Part shown: positions 1 through 8,178 of the stretch, piece after piece
Position numbering within the stretch: the stretch's first letter is position 1
How the letters are laid out: every line of letters starts with the position of its first letter
Assembly (NCBI GenBank): GCA_037444405.1
Contig: JBBIML010000032.1
Location: forward strand, 1-33,264
DNA from: Armatimonadota bacterium
Lineage (GTDB): Bacteria > Armatimonadota > Fimbriimonadia > Fimbriimonadales > GBS-DC
DNA length: 33,264 nt
Direction of reading: 5' to 3'
The notes under the pieces: model-generated
The model's database searches: none
What the model was told of the DNA's origin: nothing
The model's input: only the letters and a program-made list of their open reading frames with translations
Program-made: the position numbers and the translations under genes

Positions 1-1
1 G

Positions 2-160
2 ACTTTTGGGATTTCCTGGGCACACGCTGCTGATCTCACAGGCGATGGAGACTTCTCCTACGGCGTCCAGGCGGTTCCTGAGCCGGCGAGCATGATTGCG
101 CTGGGCGCGGGTCTGGCGGGTCTGCTGGGGCTGCGCCGCCGCAAGGCTCACACCGCGTAA
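2..160 (+). CDS. PEP-CTERM sorting-domain protein, C-terminal fragment (5' truncated by window)
   Basis: Manual translation of frame +2: ...DFSYGVQA-VPEPASMIALGAGLAGLLGL-RRRKAHTA*. This is VPEP + TM helix + basic tail. Absent from the ORF track. Overlaps the dnaE 3' end by 13 nt. Confidence 0.93.
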   Translation, partial: TFGISWAHAADLTGDGDFSYGVQAVPEPASMIALGAGLAGLLGLRRRKAHTA

Positions 161-3100
161 ATCTCGGCGTCGGGTAGCATCTGCCGCAGGGCGTCCAGCA
201 CCTGCGGCGTGAGGGCGACGCGCTGGGGCACCTGCACCCAGCGCGTCGCGCCATTTGCGCCCACACCGAAGCGCACAATCGCCTCCCCCGGATGGCGCTC
301 CAGCAGCTGGCGCAGGCGGCTCAACTGGTCAGGCGGGCAGCGGCGCAGGCGAATCTGCAGGCAGGAACCGTTATCCTGTTGCGCCTCACCTTCATCGGCG
401 GGCGGTTCGAACAGCTCCACATGCTCGGCAATCAGCTCCAGTCCATTTCCCTCGCCGTTGCCGTTTCGGTCGCCATTCTCGCGCGATTGGAGCCTGCCGC
501 GAACCAGCACCACGCGGTCTTTGATGAGGGCGCCTTTGCACGCCTCATAGGTTTGCGGGAACACCGTGACGGGGATGCTGCCGGTGAGATCTTCCAGCAC
601 GAACGCCGCCATGCGGGCACCGCTCTGGCGCGTGGTGCGCGTGCGCAGGCTGGTGATGATGCCGCCGATGGTGACGGAGGCGCCTGCTTCGCGTTCGCGG
701 GCGCGGGCGATGGGCGTGGCGACCTTCGCCAGCGCGCGGGCGTAAGGGCGCACCGGATGCGCGGACAGGTAGACCCCCAGCAGCTCCCGCTCCAGCGCCA
801 GCTTTTCGGGCGTGCCCAGATCGTCGATGGCAGGCAGAGCGGGCTTCGGGATATGCACTTCCTGCCCGCCCTCAAACAGCGAGTTTTGCCCCGCCGCGCG
901 CGCCCGTGCCACCGATTGTGCATAGTTGAGGATCGTGTCCAGCCCGGCGAGCAGCTGGGCGCGATTGGGGTGGAGCGATTCGAACGCGCCCGCCTGAATG
1001 AGCGCTTCTAAGGTGGCGCGGTTCAGCCCGCCCCGCTCGTGCAGCCGCACAGCGAAGTCGAACACATCGTCGAACGCGCCTCCATCCGCCCGCGCCTGCA
1101 GAATCGCCTCCAGCGCCGACTCGCCCACATTCTTAATCGCGCCCAGCCCGAAACGAATCGCGTAGGCGTGGCGAGAGGCAGGCTCGCGCGACCGTGTTGA
1201 TGGGGGCGCACCGCCCTGTGCCCCTGCTGGCTCCACCGTGAAACCCGCCTCACTGCGGTTGATATCCGGCGGCAGCACCGCAATCCCCAGCGACTGGCAC
1301 TCCTCGATGCAGCTGGCAATCTTCTCGGTTTTCTCCTTATAGACCGCCATCAGCGCCGCCATATACTCCACGGGGTAGTTCGCCTTCAGATAGGCGGTCT
1401 GATAGGCGATGTGGGCGTAGCAGACAGCGTGCGCCTTGTTGAAGGCGTAGCCGGCGAACGGCTCGATCAGGTCGAACAGGCGGTTGGCTTCCGCTTCGTC
1501 GATGCCTCTTTCGGCGGCGCCTTTGACGAACTCGGAGCGCATGCGGCGCATCTCTTCGGGCTTCTTTTTGCCCATCGCGCGGCGCAGGATGTCCGCCTTG
1601 CCCAGCGAGAAGCCTGCCAGCGCCTGCACGCACTTCAGCACTTGATCTTGATACACAATCACGCCGTAGGTCTCCTTGAGAATCGGCTCCAGCAGGGGAT
1701 GTGGATAGGTAACGGGCTCGCGTCCGTGCTTGCGGGCGATGTAGGTGGGGATATGCTCCATCGGTCCGGGGCGATAGAGGGCGACCATCGCGGCGAGTTC
1801 GCGCACATTCTGGGGCTTCAGCTGCTGGATATAGCGGCGCATGCCCGCGCTCTCTAACTGGAACACGCCTGTGGTCTCGCCGCGCCCCAGCATCTCGTAA
1901 GTTTTTGCATCGTTGAGCGGTATCTCGCGCAGGTTGATGCGAACGCCGCGCGAGCGTTCGATGTTTTCTACGGCTTTTGCCAGCACGGAGAGGTTCATCA
2001 GCCCCAGAAAGTCCATCTTGAGCAGCCCAATCTGCTCCAGATTGCCCATATGGAACTGGGTGATGAGTTCGCCGTCGGCGCTGCGGGCGAGCGGCACGCG
2101 CTCCACCAGCGGCTCGCTGGCAATCACCACGCCCGCCGCATGCACGCTGGCGTTGCGCGTGATGCCCTCCAGCCGCCGCGCCAGATCGACCAGCCGTCGC
2201 ACTTCGGGCGTGCGCTCGTACTCCTGTCGGAACTCGGGCGATTCTCTCAGCGCGCGCTCGAGGGTCATTCCGGGCACGCTGGGGATGGCTCTGGTGATGC
2301 GGTCAATGAGGGCGCTGTTGATGTTCAGGGCGCGTCCCACATCGCGCAGGGCGGCTTTCGCTGCCAGCGTGCCGAAGGTGATAATCTGCGCTACGCGCTC
2401 CTCCCCATACTTCTGGCGCACATAGCGGATCACCAGATCGCGCCGCGCGTCCTCAAAGTCCATGTCGATATCGGGCATCTGGATGCGCTCGATGTTCAGG
2501 AAGCGTTCGAAGGTGAGGTCATATTCGATGGGGTCGATATCGGTGATGCCGAGGCAGTAGGAGACGAGGCTGCCGGCGGCGGAGCCGCGCACGCCGAAAT
2601 AGATGCCCTGCTGACGAGCGAACTGGGCGAAGTCGCGCACAATCAAAAAGTAGGGCGCGAAGCCCGTCTTATCGATGACCGACAGCTCGTACTCCAGCCG
2701 CTGGAGATAGGTGTCAGGCGTGTTGGGCACAAGGCGCGGCAGGGCATCGTAGCACAGGTCGCGCAGGTGCGCCATCGGTGTCTTGCCTTCCGGCAGGTCG
2801 GGCGCAGGCAGCTGAGCGCGACCAAACTCCAGAGCCAGATTGCAGCGTTCGGCGACCTCCAGCGTGTTCGCCAGCGCGCCGGGATGGTGGGCAAACAGCT
2901 CTGCCATCTCCTGCGGCGACTTGAGATAGAACTCCTGCGTGCCAAATCGGAGCCGTTTCGGGTCATCGATGCGCGAGTTGGTCTGCACGCACAGCAGCAC
3001 ATCGTGAATTTCGGCGTCCTCGCGATTAAGATAGTGCGCGTCGTTGGTGACCAGCAGGGGCAGGCGAAACTCCTCTGCCAGCTTCAGCAGCCCCTCGTTC

Positions 3101-3657
3101 ACCGTGCGCTGTTCAGGCAGACCGTGATCCTGCAGTTCGATATAGAAGTTCTCGCGTCCGAAAATCTCGCAATACTCCTGCACGAGGGCGCGGGCGCGTT
3201 CGTAGTTGCCCTTGAGCAGGGCGTCAGGGATCTCGCCTGCGAGGCAGGAGGAGGTGGCAATCAGCCCTTCGGCATGCTGGCGCAGCACCTCCTTGTCCAC
3301 GCGCGGCTTGTAGTAGAAGCCCTCCAGATGGGCAATCGTGCTGAGTCGCAGCAGGTTGCGATAGCCGCGTTCATCTTTTGCCAGCATTAGTAGGTGGTAG
3401 CTGGTCTGATCCTGACGGGTGCGGTCGCGCATGCGGCGCGGCGCCAGATACAGCTCGCAGCCGATAATCGGTTTGATGCCCGCCTCTGTGCAGGCGTTGT
3501 AGAAGTCGATCACGCCGTACATCACGCCGTGGTCGGAGATTGCCACGGCGGGCATCTCATATTGCGCGACCGTTTTGACCAGTTCGGGGATTCGAATCGC
3601 CCCATCCAGCAGGCTGTACTCCGTGTGCAGATGCAGATGAACGAACCTGGCTTCCAT
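148..3657 (-). CDS. dnaE: DNA polymerase III alpha subunit
   Basis: PHP domain (FVHLHLHTEYSLLDG, DHG, GCE, NDAHY), RGSAAGS, catalytic PDIDMDF, YAFNKAH, OB fold. AGGAGG spacing favours ATG 3657 over 3663. Confidence 0.98.
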   Translation of the reverse strand: MEARFVHLHLHTEYSLLDGAIRIPELVKTVAQYEMPAVAISDHGVMYGVIDFYNACTEAGIKPIIGCELYLAPRRMRDRTRQDQTSYHLLMLAKDERGYRNLLRLSTIAHLEGFYYKPRVDKEVLRQHAEGLIATSSCLAGEIPDALLKGNYERARALVQEYCEIFGRENFYIELQDHGLPEQRTVNEGLLKLAEEFRLPLLVTNDAHYLNREDAEIHDVLLCVQTNSRIDDPKRLRFGTQEFYLKSPQEMAELFAHHPGALANTLEVAERCNLALEFGRAQLPAPDLPEGKTPMAHLRDLCYDALPRLVPNTPDTYLQRLEYELSVIDKTGFAPYFLIVRDFAQFARQQGIYFGVRGSAAGSLVSYCLGITDIDPIEYDLTFERFLNIERIQMPDIDMDFEDARRDLVIRYVRQKYGEERVAQIITFGTLAAKAALRDVGRALNINSALIDRITRAIPSVPGMTLERALRESPEFRQEYERTPEVRRLVDLARRLEGITRNASVHAAGVVIASEPLVERVPLARSADGELITQFHMGNLEQIGLLKMDFLGLMNLSVLAKAVENIERSRGVRINLREIPLNDAKTYEMLGRGETTGVFQLESAGMRRYIQQLKPQNVRELAAMVALYRPGPMEHIPTYIARKHGREPVTYPHPLLEPILKETYGVIVYQDQVLKCVQALAGFSLGKADILRRAMGKKKPEEMRRMRSEFVKGAAERGIDEAEANRLFDLIEPFAGYAFNKAHAVCYAHIAYQTAYLKANYPVEYMAALMAVYKEKTEKIASCIEECQSLGIAVLPPDINRSEAGFTVEPAGAQGGAPPSTRSREPASRHAYAIRFGLGAIKNVGESALEAILQARADGGAFDDVFDFAVRLHERGGLNRATLEALIQAGAFESLHPNRAQLLAGLDTILNYAQSVARARAAGQNSLFEGGQEVHIPKPALPAIDDLGTPEKLALERELLGVYLSAHPVRPYARALAKVATPIARAREREAGASVTIGGIITSLRTRTTRQSGARMAAFVLEDLTGSIPVTVFPQTYEACKGALIKDRVVLVRGRLQSRENGDRNGNGEGNGLELIAEHVELFEPPADEGEAQQDNGSCLQIRLRRCPPDQLSRLRQLLERHPGEAIVRFGVGANGATRWVQVPQRVALTPQVLDALRQMLPDAEIYAV
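1202..1227 (-). repeat. GTAG-type REP-like palindrome inside dnaE
   Basis: Minus strand GCAG-GGGCACA-GGGCGG-TGCGCCCCC, within a ~20 aa insertion between FTVE and AIRFGL. Confidence 0.5.
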
Positions 3658-3684
3658 GCCCATTCCTCCTGTGGCAGATGACCG

Positions 3685-3711
3685 ATTCGCCAGCAGAGAC
3701 GGGATTCCTGT
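3685..3711 (-). promoter_or_regulatory. Candidate sigmaH-like promoter upstream of dnaE
   Basis: Minus strand ACAGGAATC-N11-GGCGAAT resembles the Bacillus sigH consensus RNAGGAWWW-N11/12-RNNGAAT. Confidence 0.4.
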
Positions 3712-3794
3712 TAGCGGTGGGAAATCGATTTGCGAAAGTCAGGGGTTCCGAAGGGAGGCACTGGTCATAGATTGGGCATAATCGGGGTATGCCG

Positions 3795-4055
3795 TTAAAG
3801 GTTTGCCATCAGCTGTTCCAACAGTTCGCGGGGTACGGGTGCGCGGAGGGCTTTGTCCAGAGCGCGCTTTTTAAGCGCCTGATGGACGCATTCGCGCTGG
3901 GGGCACAGGTACGCGCCGCGTCCGGGCAGGTTCTGCGCCTGATCCAGCACGACGCGCCAGCCGCCGCGCTCTTTCAGGCGGGCGAAACGAAGCAGTTCCT
4001 TTTTGGGGGCAGTGCGCCGGCAGCTGGCGCACCGCCGGACGGGTTCATGCTTCAT
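3795..4055 (-). CDS. ylxR: YlxR (DUF448/RnpM) family RNA-binding protein
   Basis: MKHEPVRRCASCR...KKELLRF...GRGAYLC...C. ATG overlaps the nusA stop (ATGA). The longer ORF to 4382 lies inside nusA. Confidence 0.93.
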   Translation of the reverse strand: MKHEPVRRCASCRRTAPKKELLRFARLKERGGWRVVLDQAQNLPGRGAYLCPQRECVHQALKKRALDKALRAPVPRELLEQLMANL

Positions 4056-5167
4056 GGGCGTCGGGCGGAGGGGATACCGCCATTGACCTCGCCGCGTGCT
4101 ATCTCGCCTTCGGAGCGCACATCGAGCCGCCAGCCGGTGAGCTGTTCGGCGAGGCGCACATTCACGCCGCCGCGCCCCACCGCCTGACGCATCTGATGGT
4201 TCGGCACCACCACGAGCGCTTCGCGCTTTTCGGGGTTGAGAATCACGCGGTTCACACGGGCGGGACTGAGCGCTTCGCGAATGAACTGCTCCGGGTCGCG
4301 ACTCCATTTGACCACATCGATGGGTTCGTTGAACAGCTCGTTGCTGATTGCCTGAATGCGCATGCCACGCGAGCCGAGACACGCGCCCACAGGGTCAATC
4401 AGCGGGTTTTTGGAGGTGACGGCGATTTTAGTGCGTTCACCCGCCTCGCGAGCAATCGCTTTGATCTCCACATCGCCGCTGGCGACTTCGGGCACCTCCT
4501 GTTTGAGCAGGTGCGCGACCAGCATCGGGTCGGTGCGCGAGGCGATGACCTTCACATCGCGCAGGCGCGGCTCGCGCCCCGGCTCGGCGGGCGGCGTGCG
4601 CACCTCCAGCACATACACCCGAATGGTGTCGCCAATCTCGTACACATCGCGCGGGCTTTGATGCTTTTCAGGCAGTATCACCTCCAAGCGTCCGTAGGAG
4701 AGCAGCACCTTCGAACCGATAAATCGTTCCACTCGCGCGGGGATGACCTCTTTTTTGCGGGTGAGCAGATCTCTGACCGTATGCTCGCGTTCCAGTTCAC
4801 GCAGTCGCTGCACGAGGAGTTGAAACGCGTTCTGAACCGCCACACGCCCGAACTCTTCGACGGGCAGTTCCACCTGGATAATCTCGCCAACTTCGGCATC
4901 GGGTTTGATCTTGCGGGCATCTTCGACGCTGATCTGGGTGTGTTCGTCGGTTACGAGACCAACCACCTCTTTTTCTGCGATGACGCAGAAGCAGTGGGGG
5001 GCTGCGGGGTTGAACTTCGCGTGCACGCGCGCGCTGGAAGGCAGGTGCGTCTGCCGCCGATAGGCGTTCGCGAACGCCCCTTCAAGGGTCGCCATCAGCT
5101 CCTCAAACGGGATATGGCGCTCCCGCTCCAGTTGCTTTAAAGCCTCTATGATCTCCTCACAGTGCAT
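4052..5167 (-). CDS. nusA: Transcription termination/antitermination factor NusA
   Basis: N-domain, S1 and two KH domains (AREAGERTKIAV, DPVGACLGSRG, AVGRGGVNVRLA). No acidic-repeat tail. Confidence 0.97.
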   Translation of the reverse strand: MHCEEIIEALKQLERERHIPFEELMATLEGAFANAYRRQTHLPSSARVHAKFNPAAPHCFCVIAEKEVVGLVTDEHTQISVEDARKIKPDAEVGEIIQVELPVEEFGRVAVQNAFQLLVQRLRELEREHTVRDLLTRKKEVIPARVERFIGSKVLLSYGRLEVILPEKHQSPRDVYEIGDTIRVYVLEVRTPPAEPGREPRLRDVKVIASRTDPMLVAHLLKQEVPEVASGDVEIKAIAREAGERTKIAVTSKNPLIDPVGACLGSRGMRIQAISNELFNEPIDVVKWSRDPEQFIREALSPARVNRVILNPEKREALVVVPNHQMRQAVGRGGVNVRLAEQLTGWRLDVRSEGEIARGEVNGGIPSARRP

Positions 5168-5203
5168 TCAGATACCCCCTTCGGTGCAGCACGGGTTCGG
5201 TCT

Positions 5204-5241
5204 TTTTAAAGAAAAGAGTGGGGGTTATGGAACTCCCACTC
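5204..5241 (-). terminator. rimP-leader-like intrinsic terminator/attenuator in the nusA 5' leader
   Basis: Minus strand GAGTGGG-N12-CCCACTC-TTTTCTTT, between a candidate -10 (5269-5276) and the nusA start. Confidence 0.7.
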
Positions 5242-5268
5242 CGTGCCGACCCGCTGCAACCTGTCAGG

Positions 5269-5276
5269 AGTATACC
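5269..5276 (-). promoter_or_regulatory. Candidate -10 element for nusA (GGTATACT)
   Basis: Matches the recurrent GG-TAYNNT motif, ~100 nt upstream of nusA. Confidence 0.5.
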
Positions 5277-5288
5277 CGATTCTGTTGT

Positions 5289-7133
5289 TCAGGGTGCAGG
5301 GGGTTTCAGGATAGCGCTGGGCGCCATGCGCGGGCGCGGCGCGAGCGACGATTCGCGCCAGCCGAGCGCGTCGACGCGGGGCAGCTCATACACCAGCAGG
5401 CGATAGGGTCCCACGCGCCCGCGCAGCATCGGGTGCGCCGCCGGCTCCACCCGATCCGATACCGTGTACCAGCGGCTCAAATCGGCGCCCGATGTCCAGA
5501 ACCGAATCAGCGTCTCTTCGGAGCCGACCACCAGCAGGTGCGTGGCGCCCATCGCCTGCGGCGGCTGACGGTCGTTGCACAGCCCGCGAAACACGAAAAA
5601 GTAGCGGAACGGCGTCTCAAACGCCACGCCCACCAGCACCGACCCCTCCGGCAACGCGCGGGTCAACTGCTGATTGAACTCCCTGAGCTGATAGGTGCGC
5701 CCGGCAAAGTAGCTGATGTACCACGGCGTGTTGAGCAGTAGCCCGACCGCCGTCATGAGCGTGGCAAGGGCAGGTGAGGCGCGCAGGGCGAGGCGCCCTG
5801 CCACACGCGGCAGCAACCATGCGAGACAGCCTGCCGCCACAAACGCCACCATCAGCAATCGCGCACGCAGGCGATTGTCCAGCACAGGGAACTCCATCGT
5901 GCGCCACTCCACACCGGGCAACGCCAGCAACAGCAGAAAATAGACCACCCCCGCGCCGATTAGCAGCCGTGCCAGCCAGCTTTTGAAACCCGATTCAGTG
6001 AGCAGCCAGCGCAGATGCTCGAAGCGGGCAATCGCAATCCATAGCAAAGCAACCATTGCGGGTATGAACCCTGCCGTGTAGCGCGTGGGCGCAATCCGCA
6101 TCAGTGTCATCTGCAGCCAGCTCAGCGCGACCCAGCCAATCAGCACCCACTCGACCGGCGTCAGTGCGGCACGCAGGCGCGCGGAACGCACCACGCCCAC
6201 CAGCATGAGCAGGCTACCCAGCCACGCGAGCGGCGCATGCAGGAACAGGAACTGCATCAGCCCGTAGCGCTCGCCGATCAGCGCGGTCTGAACCGCCCGC
6301 CACGCCTCCGCCCAGCTGTGCGGGCGACCCTGCACGCGCAGATAGAACGCCTGCATGCGGCTCCATGTCTCCCAGTGGGGCATCAGCCACAGGAAGAGCC
6401 AGAGCGCGCCCACTATGAGCATGCCCATCAGCACCGCCAGCCCGATAGCGCGCGCCGACGCCACCGATTCGCGATCGAAAAGCGGTGCGAGCAGCCCCAC
6501 CGCCACCAGCGCCGCCACAAACGGCAGCGTGGTCAACTTGGTTGCCAGCGCCAGCAGCGCCGCCGCGCCCGACAGTCCGCCCCAGATGAGCGCGCCCCAC
6601 CGCCGCGGACAGACCGTCGCCTCCGCGAACAGCCAGAGGCTCAACAGACAGAAGAACGCGGCGGGCGTCTCCAGCAACGCGGTGCGGTTATACAGCAGAT
6701 AGAGATGCTCATACGCCAGCCATGCCGCACCCAGCCACGCCAGAACCGCTGCCGAGGGCACTGCCCGCTGCGCCACACCCGCACCCCGAAACGCAATCCA
6801 TAACAGGCGAGCTAACAGCACCACACCGAGCAGTCCCAGCGCCACCGACACCAGCCGACCCTGCACATAGCCCACCCCAAAATGCGAGAAAACCCACACA
6901 TGCAGCCCGTGAACCAGCGGACTCAGCACCGCATTATTGAACTCATCCAGATTCGCCTGCCCGAACAGCACCTGATTGCGGGCGTTGTGCATGTAGAACG
7001 CCTCATCGGTGAGCAGACCGGGGTTCCAGTCGAGCCGCCAGTCGGGGTCGGCATCGAGGCTATAGAGTCGCAGCCCTATCGCCAGCGCAAAGATGGGCAG
7101 CACAATCAGCCATCCGAAGGCGCTCCCTCTCAT
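5289..7133 (-). CDS. GT-C fold (ArnT/PMT, GT39/GT83-like) integral membrane glycosyltransferase
   Basis: N-terminal TM then 'TDEAFY..NA' acidic motif, 'GRLVSV..G', 'R.ALLETPAAFF', 'LATK', many TM helices. Confidence 0.75.
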   Translation of the reverse strand: MRGSAFGWLIVLPIFALAIGLRLYSLDADPDWRLDWNPGLLTDEAFYMHNARNQVLFGQANLDEFNNAVLSPLVHGLHVWVFSHFGVGYVQGRLVSVALGLLGVVLLARLLWIAFRGAGVAQRAVPSAAVLAWLGAAWLAYEHLYLLYNRTALLETPAAFFCLLSLWLFAEATVCPRRWGALIWGGLSGAAALLALATKLTTLPFVAALVAVGLLAPLFDRESVASARAIGLAVLMGMLIVGALWLFLWLMPHWETWSRMQAFYLRVQGRPHSWAEAWRAVQTALIGERYGLMQFLFLHAPLAWLGSLLMLVGVVRSARLRAALTPVEWVLIGWVALSWLQMTLMRIAPTRYTAGFIPAMVALLWIAIARFEHLRWLLTESGFKSWLARLLIGAGVVYFLLLLALPGVEWRTMEFPVLDNRLRARLLMVAFVAAGCLAWLLPRVAGRLALRASPALATLMTAVGLLLNTPWYISYFAGRTYQLREFNQQLTRALPEGSVLVGVAFETPFRYFFVFRGLCNDRQPPQAMGATHLLVVGSEETLIRFWTSGADLSRWYTVSDRVEPAAHPMLRGRVGPYRLLVYELPRVDALGWRESSLAPRPRMAPSAILKPPAP

Positions 7134-7139
7134 ACACGC

Positions 7140-8123
7140 TCACTCCCTCTCGTCGGGATAGATCAGCCCCCACCGGGCGCGAATGGTATCCAGCACGCGC
7201 AGGATGCGGAGCGTTTCGTCCAGAGGCATCCAGTCGCTCTCGGTGCGCCCTGCCCGCAGGCAGTCATGCACATGGCGGATTTCGAACTGCAGTCCGTCGC
7301 CCGTGTAGGGGTGGCGGATTGGCTCCTCGCTGCCGTCGGCGCGGGTGAGCGTTGCCTCCGACGGCTTCCACCACGGCGTGTGAATACGGATTCGCCCGTC
7401 TGTGCCGCAAATCGTTGCCTCTTTGGGCGTGTCGGTCTGGATGGCGGCGCCCAGTAGCGCGAGTGCGCCATCCGCATATTCGAACAGGATCGCGCACTGC
7501 TCGTCCACGCCTGTTGCGCCGATGGCGGCGGCAGAGTGGATGCGCACAGGCTCGCCCAGAAACAGGAACGCCAGCATGACGGGGTACACACCCACATCGA
7601 GCAGTGCGCCGCCGCCCAGCGCGGGGTTCAGCAGTCGCCCCGACGGGTTGAACGGCGCACGGAAGCCGAAGTCCGCCTGAATCATGCGGATAGTTCCAAT
7701 CTCGCCAGCCCCCACGCGAGCGACAATCTCGCGGATGAGCGGGAAGCAGCGCGTCCACATGCCCTCCATCAGGAACAGCCCCTTCTGGCGGGCGAGCGCG
7801 ACGAGCGGCTCCGCCTGACGCGCGTTCAGCGTGAACGGCTTCTCGCATAGCACATGCTTGCCCGCCTCCAGCGCGGCGCGCGTGTTCTCGGCGTGCAGGG
7901 TGTGCGGCGTGGCAATATACACAATCTCCACTTCGGGGTCATTCAGCAGGGCGTCGTAGGAGGCGTATCGGCGCGGGATGCGATAATGTTCCCCAAACGC
8001 CTCGGCGGTTGCGGCAGCGCGGGAGCCGACCGCCACCACCTGCGCTTCGGGCACCAGCGCCGCCGCCTGCATGAAGCGATGCGCAATCTTACCCGTGCCC
8101 AACACACCCCAGCGATAGCTCAT
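7140..8123 (-). CDS. Gfo/Idh/MocA family oxidoreductase
   Basis: WGVLGTGKIA Rossmann fold, YIATPH..H, GKHVLCEKP, GGGALLDVGVY. GGAGG precedes ATG 8123. Confidence 0.93.
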   Translation of the reverse strand: MSYRWGVLGTGKIAHRFMQAAALVPEAQVVAVGSRAAATAEAFGEHYRIPRRYASYDALLNDPEVEIVYIATPHTLHAENTRAALEAGKHVLCEKPFTLNARQAEPLVALARQKGLFLMEGMWTRCFPLIREIVARVGAGEIGTIRMIQADFGFRAPFNPSGRLLNPALGGGALLDVGVYPVMLAFLFLGEPVRIHSAAAIGATGVDEQCAILFEYADGALALLGAAIQTDTPKEATICGTDGRIRIHTPWWKPSEATLTRADGSEEPIRHPYTGDGLQFEIRHVHDCLRAGRTESDWMPLDETLRILRVLDTIRARWGLIYPDERE

Positions 8124-8147
8124 CGTGGCTCCTCCCCACAACGAGCC

Positions 8148-8169
8148 ATTATACCTGCAGAGGTATAAT
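8148..8169. promoter_or_regulatory. Symmetric bidirectional -10 site
   Basis: ATTATACCT-GCAG-AGGTATAAT: 9-bp perfect inverted repeat giving GGTATAAT on both strands between divergent genes. Confidence 0.65.
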
Positions 8170-8178
8170 CGCGCCGGG

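Noticed and set aside
2050..3390. 446 aa plus-strand ORF and other ORFs antisense to dnaE
   Set aside because: Antisense shadow of a high-GC gene with no recognisable motifs
148..3657. Intein or split in dnaE
   Set aside because: Length is normal and no intein splice motifs were seen; the only insertion is ~20 aa
3775..3793. GGCATA-N7-TATGCC hairpin after ylxR as a terminator
   Set aside because: Only a 6-bp stem with no U-tract
4056..4382. N-terminal extension of the ylxR ORF
   Set aside because: It overlaps nusA in another frame; the family signature begins at ATG 4055
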